DNA from: Wickerhamiella versatilis
Taxonomy: Eukaryota
Direction: 5' to 3'
Assembly: GCA_030867685.1 (NCBI GenBank)
Contig: JAQOWU010000008.1
Span: 4,526,001-4,590,000 of the forward strand
Length of the DNA stretch: 64,000 nt
How positions within the stretch are numbered: the first letter of the stretch is position 1; each line of letters starts with the position of its first letter. The position numbers were made by a program, and so were the translations under genes. Below, one piece after another: positions 56,143 through 64,000 of the stretch. The notes below the pieces were generated by a model. The model did no database searches. It was not told where the DNA came from and saw only the letters and a program-made list of their open reading frames with translations.

Positions 56143-58025
56143 TCAGCATATACAACACTCATCGTGAGAGTCAGCAACCTCCACAGATTGAATTGGTTCT
56201 GAGGAACTCGCAGCAGACACTGGTGAAATATAACTGGGTTTATTTATGACTTCAGAAACCGCATTTACCATCTCACAAAGGGGGTTTTTGTCATAATCGA
56301 AAGGCCAGGTGTCTTGTGACACTATTTTTGAAATTTTGTCCATGGATTTGTTATCAAAACCAGTTATTTCGCTATCCATACAATTCGATTGCGTTTTCAA
56401 AAGAATTGCCAGATAAACTGCAATTGCACTGCGAACTGAAAGGCTTAAACTGCCAATTTCCTGGGTACAAGTGTCAAATAACAGCTGTGCAGCATTAGTG
56501 AGCTTTTGCAGTGAAGCCCGTCTTAATTCCAACGAACAGAACACATTAAACGCTGCAAACGAATGAACAGCTATAACTGTATGGTAATATTCTGCCCTCA
56601 ACTCGACCCAAGGAAAGGAGCACAGGATGCTTTGAATATCTCCTTTGCCAGAAGGGTTTATATTCCACAAATCTTCTTCTATGTGAAACCGCCAGGTCTC
56701 AAGCCGCTGATCGAGTCTAGTCATATCCTCAACGATTTGTTGCAATGACACCCTTCTTGTGCCTACTGAGCCGAGAAGTTTACACACATCATCATAAATA
56801 AGATGGATTCCAGTAAAATAATCGAAATTTTGAACCACAATCACTGAAAGCGTCTTCTTTGATAGACTACTCACTCCTTTATCGGACAAAATAGGTTTAA
56901 TCGATAAATGAATACCAAATGAGTAGTTGATAGCGGTTAATAATAACCATACATACTCACGGCGTCCAGATTCAGCTTTAGAATACTTTGAGTTTTCCTC
57001 CTCGCTGTCTAACCCAAGGCTTCTAGCCATAGCCACCACTGTCTCTAGGAAATGCGGTACTGAATGAACAGAGCTAAAAACAGTCATCGTAAAAAGTAGT
57101 GACAAACACAACCTCACCTCTAGAAACCCGGGGTCGCTAAGGGTCAGAACCCGGAGTGTTTCCAGTGCTTTAAGATACGCACAGGCCTCTTGCGACCTCA
57201 CTACGTATGGAACATCACTCTTTGATTCAGCTCTTATTCCGTTTATGCCAATTATAAATATTGTAGAGAAAATTCCATTTCTGATATGTTCAGGATAAGA
57301 ATTAATGCCAAGTGCAAGGTCCTCTGGTGAAATTAGGACATGGAAAAAATTATCTTTCATTTTCATATAGATGTCAAGACACCTTTCAAAAATTATACTG
57401 TCATAAGTGACTATACTTGGAATATTGAGTAACTGTGAAAAGGATAACTGATAAGCTCTCCACATTGCTCGAGAATAATCATTAAGACGCTGCCACAACA
57501 ATAGATCTCCTGTGGCTTGCAAGAGATGTGCTACATCCCCCGGTGTCAAAATTGAGCAGAATATATTTGGCGCATAAGATATATTGCTTAACGACATGTC
57601 GACAGTCTGTTGCTTAAAGCAGAAAAGTCCTTCATTGAATTCTCTTTTTTGAACGTATTTTCAGTGTCTGTACTAGGAGGTAACTCCGTATCTGGACGAC
57701 TTCGACTTATCGCGTTTGGACTATGTTCATGTTCATGTTCATGCCCATGCTGAGTTGAGACTGAGACTAGTCTGGGAGGGCATATCGGTTCGTCATGATG
57801 GTCTCTTTCATATTTATTTTCCAAGTTCTCAATTCTCAACATGAGGGCAGTCCATAATTCTCTGGCAGGTGTCCGCGAGTGACTTCGATAAACGCATCGC
57901 AGTCCAGAACTGGAACAGTTTTCACATGCCGGAGAAGCTGCATCACAGCGTGCTTTACGTTGACGGCAACTCTCACACGCTATCGATGCACGTACTCGGC
58001 TTCTTTTTTCAACTCCCCCAGACAT
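56143..58025 (-). pseudogene. Zn2Cys6 transcription factor split by a frameshift at about 57590-57660 (or a sequencing error)
   Basis: ACESCRQRKARC...CENC...C in the 5' ORF; fungal TF middle domain (MARSLGL...RREYVW) in an overlapping second frame; no clear intron. Confidence 0.7.
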
Positions 58026-58792
58026 ACCAACAGGGCGAATCGATGATAAGTAATTATGTAGTCATACGTCACAGACTAGACTCTCCGTGAGAGATACATG
58101 ATAGCGTAGATTGTTGTGGATCGTTGGAAAATACACGAGTATTTGACAGTTTGACAAAACCAAGCAAACCAGCTTACTAGCAATGTACCTTTCAAGTGAA
58201 CTTCGTCGTTAGAGTTAGAGATAATGGCTTTAATTGTAGTAGTATGGGTTTGCAAATTGTTTAGAGAGCATAAGCAGGGGTGTTGGAGTGATCTATAAGG
58301 ATCACTTGCTATTTTATAGGAGGAAGAGACGAGAAAGTGCTATTATGGGGTCTTTTCTTTTGAAGGTATTCGCGAATATACTGAACCATGACGGCATGTT
58401 CTAACTCTATAGTGACTGGTTGCCTCGTTATCATTAATAACCTAACCCCTTGGATATAGTTTTCCGTTCGGCGCTTACCCAGTGTAAGTGGCTTAGGAGC
58501 CAGACCCAGATCTACAACCCTAGTAGTGATTGGCGGCTAACCTTTTCCGAAACTATGACCTATAGTTACTTTTGGGTATATGTGAAGCTTAACAGCATAT
58601 TATAATATATCACAATCATAATAATATAGTTATCTATATGTTAAGACTGCTTTCTCAATATCTATAAAGTACGTGCGTGTCATTGACTGGTACTCCATCT
58701 GATCATATGACTAATATATGCCTCTCATACCCTAGCTTTATCAGGTCAGTAGACTAGACTAAGCTGCACTGTCTAACAAGTATCAGGTTGCT

Positions 58793-60460
58793 ATGGAAGA
58801 TATCAAGGAAGAAAAGAAGATTCCAGGTACATACCTTTTGTTTAAAAAATGTGATGATAAGGACGATGGCAGCGAACTCGAGCGTGATGGTGATATTATT
58901 CTATATCCCCAGCCATCAGCTTCACCAAATGACCCTCTAAGAATGCCGCGCTGGAAGAAGTATATTCAGCTTTCAATTATATTGTGGTATAAGGGGTTCA
59001 TTGGAGCAATGTCAAATGTTCTCAGCGTCCAGAGCAATGGATTTCTTGTTGAACACCCAACTTGGAATTACAACGACGTGAATATAGCAACAGCCATTAC
59101 CTTTGTGGGTATCGGATGGGCTGGAGCTGCTCTAAATGGGCCTATTCCCCATATTTGGGGGGTTAGACTGGAATACCTCTTGTGTACTTGCTACGGAATA
59201 GTGGGTTCGGCTTGGATGGCCAACATTAATTCTCGGGGCGATATAATAGGGTCACAGCTTTTTATTGGAATGTCTACAAGCGCGGCTGAGGGCCTTAGTC
59301 AATTGTCGATTTCCCAGATATTTTATCAGCATGAACTAGCGGACTTCATTGCATTTTATATTGTCAGTTTGGCGGCAGGTACCTATCTTGGACCTCTCGT
59401 CGGAGGGTACATAGTACAGTACCCTGGCTGGAAATGGATAGGCTGGCACGGATTGATTTTTTCTTGTGTGACGCTTTTGCTTATATTCTTTTTGCTTGAA
59501 GAAACATCTTTCGACCGGGTCGTGTACAACCAGCAGCATCGCAAACTGAGTGCATCTGAAGAAGAATGTATCAATGATTCAGAAGAGAATACATCCGAGA
59601 AACAAGAAGGAACTACCAAGGTGGAACCAAGGAAAGCATCATTTTATGATATGGAGTTGAGAAAATCCTACTGGAAGCGAATCGCTATATTAACCCCAGC
59701 GGCAACAATAAAGGGATACGGGTTCAGACAGTATTTTGAACGACTGGTTTTGCAATGTAGAGTCTTTCTGTTTCCCGCGACCTGGTTTGCCGGTCTTCAC
59801 TGGGGTTGGGGAATAGGGTGGCTAAGTTTCTATTTGACCACTGAGGAAGAAGTGTGGATTCTTCCACCATGGAATTATGGCAGTACTGCCTTAGGAATAA
59901 TGATGGTTCCAGTATTCATTGGTGCAGTTTTAGGGTGCCTATATTCGCTTTATGCCACAGACTGGTTTGTAAAGTATGTTGCCAAGCGTAACCACGGTAT
60001 TTTGGAGTCGGAATCACGGCTTTGGTGTATGATGCCATCGATTATATTTGGACCTCTAGGATTACTTTTATTTGGAGCAGGAACAGAGTACCGATGGTCC
60101 TGGCCAGTACCTTACGTGGGTCTCGCGTTTATTGGAGCAAACTTTGGGATCACAAGTGATATATCAATGACTTATCTTGTCGACTGCTACCCAGCTATGT
60201 CACTTGAGTCTGTTAATGGGATTTCAATGATATATACTGTGATTGCATTGATTTTGTGCTTCGTAGTTGAACCATGGTTTAATATTGGCCAGATGAATAC
60301 CTACATATCGTGCGCAGTTGTCCAATTCTTTTTATGTTGTCTTATAGTTCCAATGATATACACAGGTAATTTTTGGAGACGTAAGACAATGGGCTTATAT
60401 TATCGCTTCATAGAACTTAGAGATACGATGCATGGTAAATGCACAAAGATTACTGAATAA
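58793..60460 (+). CDS. MFS transporter, HOL1-like
   Basis: IPGT..., PQPSASPNDPL, IFYQHE, LEETSFDR, about 12 TM segments. Confidence 0.9.
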   Translation: MEDIKEEKKIPGTYLLFKKCDDKDDGSELERDGDIILYPQPSASPNDPLRMPRWKKYIQLSIILWYKGFIGAMSNVLSVQSNGFLVEHPTWNYNDVNIATAITFVGIGWAGAALNGPIPHIWGVRLEYLLCTCYGIVGSAWMANINSRGDIIGSQLFIGMSTSAAEGLSQLSISQIFYQHELADFIAFYIVSLAAGTYLGPLVGGYIVQYPGWKWIGWHGLIFSCVTLLLIFFLLEETSFDRVVYNQQHRKLSASEEECINDSEENTSEKQEGTTKVEPRKASFYDMELRKSYWKRIAILTPAATIKGYGFRQYFERLVLQCRVFLFPATWFAGLHWGWGIGWLSFYLTTEEEVWILPPWNYGSTALGIMMVPVFIGAVLGCLYSLYATDWFVKYVAKRNHGILESESRLWCMMPSIIFGPLGLLLFGAGTEYRWSWPVPYVGLAFIGANFGITSDISMTYLVDCYPAMSLESVNGISMIYTVIALILCFVVEPWFNIGQMNTYISCAVVQFFLCCLIVPMIYTGNFWRRKTMGLYYRFIELRDTMHGKCTKITE

Positions 60461-60770
60461 TTACATAGATACTGTTTAAATATGCTAACGCGGAATAATG
60501 GCTTCAATCAACTAACTAGGATTATTACTATTGTATGATACAAAGTGTCTCATTTATGGTTGAATTTCTGTGACAATTGATTGTCTGTCATGCAAAATCT
60601 GAGGCAACTCTCCAGCTTGTGCCAGTTGGTAGATCTTGAGCAGATGTTCAAGTTCTTGCTATAATAAATAGAAACATCAAACGTATGCATTTATTGGATT
60701 TTTGTTTTGCTTTTAGAGAAGTTACTAGATAAAAAAATCCTAGTGTCTTTCATATATGATTTTCATTTCC

Positions 60771-62426
60771 TCATATAAGCTCAAACTCCTCACTAGGGGC
60801 GGAATACACACACTTTCCCGCAAGCCAAGTTTGTTGAACCTGCCAGTTTTGAAAGTTTTGAGACTTAATATCTACTATTTTCTCAGGGAATATCACAAAA
60901 TCTGCCGATTTTTTTACTGTAATACTTCCAAGCTCTGAGCCCCAGCCGCAAATATCAGCCGGAGCTTGGGTATAGGCATAAATTGCCTCATCAAAGCTCA
61001 GTGCATTCTCGATATACCATGCCTCCCCTTGCTTCTCCCTTAAAACCGCAGAGCTCAACTGAGATACTGGGTTCTCATAAGCTGTTGGCCAATCACTACC
61101 CAGTACAACTTTTGCACCACTTGAGAGCAATGTTTGCCATGCGTAACTGAGAGGAAGTCTTTGCTGTCCAAGACGCTGGGATTGGTAGCACCCTGCAGTG
61201 GCATGATTAGGTTGCACCGAAGCAACAATATTTCCTTCGCTGAAACGAGTAATCTGGTCCCGTTTAATCACTTCAATGTGTTCTATCCTGTTTGGAAGTG
61301 GGCTCATGGTTTTTGAGGAGCTATTTTCGAAAGCATTCAGTGCCATTCTCACACCCCTGTCACCAATAGCATGAATAGATACAGGGAATCCAGAATAGTT
61401 TGCTGCGGCGACAAGGTGCTCAAGTTCTTCCTGTCCTGTAATGGGCTCGCCTCTGAAGTGATCCACACATCTATCACTATATTCTTCGTCAAGCGCTGCG
61501 GTATAGTTTGAAAGTGTACCATCAACAACTAGCTTGATGTATCCAAACTCAAATTTGTGATTGTTTTCTTTTGACACACCATCAAGATATTTTTTGTCAC
61601 TCCCTCTTAGTTCTTGAAAATTTACTCTGTGACGCTGGTCGGGTGAAATTAGCATTAGACCAAACCATATGCGCATGTAAATAGGTTCCTTTTCACGAAT
61701 TAGTTCATTATACAGATCGAAGTTGGGATTCATATCGTGCACGCCAGTCACACCGATACTGTTAAAATGAGTAATGATGTCTCTTATTTCACTTGTGGTC
61801 ATTTTATATGCCTTTTTGAAGACTTCGTTATCTTCTACGAGACTTATAGCTGTTTCCTTCAACTCACCTGTTAAACACCCTTTAGAGTCGTGAACCACCT
61901 CACCTCCTTCTGGCGCCTCTGTTTCGTCATTTATATCGAGAAGATTTAGTGCCGCAGTATTCAGCCATAACGAATGAAAGTCTATATCGCGTAATGCCAT
62001 AGGCACATTGACTGTAGCAGCATCGACATCTTCACGAGAAGGAAGAACTTGTTCCTCCTTGTCATCTAAAATAGACAGATCCCACCTTCCACCGAATAGC
62101 CATTCCCCCTCCTTTTTAGTTTTTGCAACATTCCTGATGAGTCCCAGCCATTCAGATTTCTTTGTAGAACCAAATAGATCAACGCCTTTGGCTAATTCTA
62201 TTCCACCGATGAGATGGGTATGTGAGTCAATTATTCCTGGAAGGATTGATGCCCCCTGAACGTCCAAAACTTGGGTGTGGCTCGTGCCCTTGAGAGATTC
62301 TATATAAGCATTGGTGCCAACAGCCAGGAAACGCCCGTCCTTTACAGCGAAGGCTTCTGCTCGAGGTTTTGAAGGATCACTAGTTCGTACATCCCCGTTA
62401 ATCACCACGAGATCTGGAACAAACAT
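60771..62426 (-). CDS. Amidohydrolase 3 (YtcJ-like), bacterial-like
   Basis: PGIIDSHTH, KLVVDG, HAIGDRG, RIEH, LGSDWP. Confidence 0.92.
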   Translation of the reverse strand: MFVPDLVVINGDVRTSDPSKPRAEAFAVKDGRFLAVGTNAYIESLKGTSHTQVLDVQGASILPGIIDSHTHLIGGIELAKGVDLFGSTKKSEWLGLIRNVAKTKKEGEWLFGGRWDLSILDDKEEQVLPSREDVDAATVNVPMALRDIDFHSLWLNTAALNLLDINDETEAPEGGEVVHDSKGCLTGELKETAISLVEDNEVFKKAYKMTTSEIRDIITHFNSIGVTGVHDMNPNFDLYNELIREKEPIYMRIWFGLMLISPDQRHRVNFQELRGSDKKYLDGVSKENNHKFEFGYIKLVVDGTLSNYTAALDEEYSDRCVDHFRGEPITGQEELEHLVAAANYSGFPVSIHAIGDRGVRMALNAFENSSSKTMSPLPNRIEHIEVIKRDQITRFSEGNIVASVQPNHATAGCYQSQRLGQQRLPLSYAWQTLLSSGAKVVLGSDWPTAYENPVSQLSSAVLREKQGEAWYIENALSFDEAIYAYTQAPADICGWGSELGSITVKKSADFVIFPEKIVDIKSQNFQNWQVQQTWLAGKCVYSAPSEEFELI

Positions 62427-62672
62427 TTACGTGCAAGCGCAAGTTCAAGTACAATTTTAAACGGACCAAAGACTTGACAGTTATGCTTACGAACTACACT
62501 TTATTTCTCCAAGGACACCGGATCTTAATTCCTAGGTGAGTCAGCATACTGGGTACAAGCGGCATACTTTTCCGAAACCAAAGCCGGATTATGTAAGATA
62601 ATGTGCCTTGTATGGGAATGAGCTTGTCAGTCAGTGCACAATGTAAATCACTTCTCTAGCGGCTGGGGTCAT

Positions 62673-62706
62673 GCTATCTGAGACTAGTTGGACGGTGAAA
62701 GATAGT
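62673..62706 (+). repeat. Dispersed boundary site, full 34-bp copy
   Basis: GCTATCTGAGACTAGTTGGACGGTGAAAGATAGT. Confidence 0.85.
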
Positions 62707-63197
62707 TTATCTGGTTCCCAGGAATTATGAGGGCAAGCAAGCCTCATTCAAGCATAGTATGATAGAGGAGGTCAAGACTGTTTTCTCAGTGAATACTATA
62801 TACTCTGTAGCACCGCCCCAGCTCAGATACATATAGATTATTAGTACATTGGTACTGGTAGTTATAGTCTACAGAAATACAGTATCGTATTGCATATGTT
62901 ATCGACCTCGTGATAATCTTGACCGAGGCCCTTTCTCGGGCAAGGGTGGTTAGGCTATGTTTTGGGAACTACCATCGTCGCTTGGGTTGGCTGGTTTATC
63001 AAACCCGATTGATGTGAAGTATCCCTGGAGCTTAGTGAATAAGAATCATGGCTTGAGAACATTAATTTTTAGCGGCTGAAGGGATTTAATTACCTGAGAC
63101 TAGTAATATTAGCATTTTGTAACTAGGTGTTGAAGAAACAAAGTCCACGCAAGTTCTTCAACTATATTATATTTTTTTAAATGGAACACGCAAATAT

Positions 63198-64000
63198 TTA
63201 AACGTTATTACATTCCACTGTGATAAAATCATCGTCTTCAAGCCCTGTCTTGTGCTTTATTTCTTTATAAGCTAAATCCAGAATATCTCTGCTCTGAGGA
63301 TTTGTTTTTTCCAGTTATGATACGGTCCCGAATTCTGTAATGAACTTGTTAGGTCAATAAGCTCGGCATTTGTTCAAACAAGTTCAAACGTCTCCTGCGG
63401 ACGTAGACAGTCATTATCATTTATAAACCGGAATTCTTGCGTAAACTGACTAGGTAGGAGCTTAAAAGAAGGATACAATCATGTATAATCTCCAATCCCT
63501 TATCCCAATATGGAGCTAACTCGCCATAAGCAAGGTTGTAAATAACTTTTCGTGCTTCTGTCAGTTCCGTTCCAGTTTCTTTCTGGAACACTGACGGTAA
63601 GTAACAGGACCAAATAGCTAGGACTCTATTGGGTTTCAAAATCTTGTGTGCTATATTAAGGAAGTTTGGGTGAGTCAAGTAGTGAAATGCCTTGGCCACT
63701 ATCAGTAAATCAACGCTATGTGGTGTAAACATGCGATTCAGTTTAGTGTTTTCTCCAACGAGGAATTCAATGCTCCTAGGTAAGTCTCTCTGGTCACATG
63801 CTTGTTTAATCATTACCTCAGATCTGCCAATACCGCATACCTTGTCTGCCATCGGCGCAAGGACTCTGGTAGCCTGGCCTGTTTCACATGCCACATCAAC
63901 CACCACACTTGGCTTGACGTCACCAATATAACTGGCTAAGTGTTCATAAAGCGAGTGTAGGTAATCTGGTCGAGATTCTTGGTATCCACTTGCATCATTA
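63198..64000 (-). pseudogene. Class I SAM methyltransferase (TMT1/CRG1-like), decayed; 5' end lies beyond the right edge
   Basis: YQESRPDY..., degenerate motif I DVACETG, stop at 63421; the C-terminal block PYHNWKKTNP..DILD..K continues in another frame to 63198. Confidence 0.72.

Noticed and set aside
1079-63104. CRISPR interpretation of the recurring 34-41-bp repeat
   Set aside because: Copies are kilobases apart, degenerate and separated by whole genes; eukaryotic context; no cas genes
1-64000. Transposase, integrase, reverse transcriptase, LTR or tRNA genes
   Set aside because: No recognisable motifs found by eye; remaining short ORFs are antisense overlaps or lack domain signatures

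Overview
Gene-dense, intron-poor accessory region of a budding yeast. A Starmerella/Wickerhamiella-like host is inferred from the lactone-esterase-like lipases, a short TACTAAC intron and many bacterial-type genes; the host is not established. The window holds about 30 catabolic, secreted and transport genes: a GH3 glucosidase, PAD1, a sulfatase, three paralogous secreted esterases, two CAL-A/LIP lipases, flavin monooxygenases, MFS transporters, zinc-finger regulators, KRE6 and an amidohydrolase. About seven look bacterial. There are also several pseudogenes or fragments: two separated FDC1 pieces, a truncated RPS27 copy, an MFS gene with a premature stop and a decayed methyltransferase. The main unannotated signal is a dispersed intergenic DNA site with consensus ACTA(C/T)CTGAGACT-GGTTGGAC-AATGCAAGATAGC, often followed by CCACTTC and the start of another copy (41-nt period). 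By eye it occurs about 25-30 times, in most intergenic regions, mostly on the + strand. It has an imperfect 13-8-13 dyad. A duplicated 2-kb lipase segment begins and ends at this site in both copies. This suggests a repeat-bounded, integron/pdif-like gene-cassette array in a eukaryote. Interstitial long telomeric repeats are the main alternative. No recombinase, transposase, tRNA, rRNA or CRISPR array was recognised in the window.
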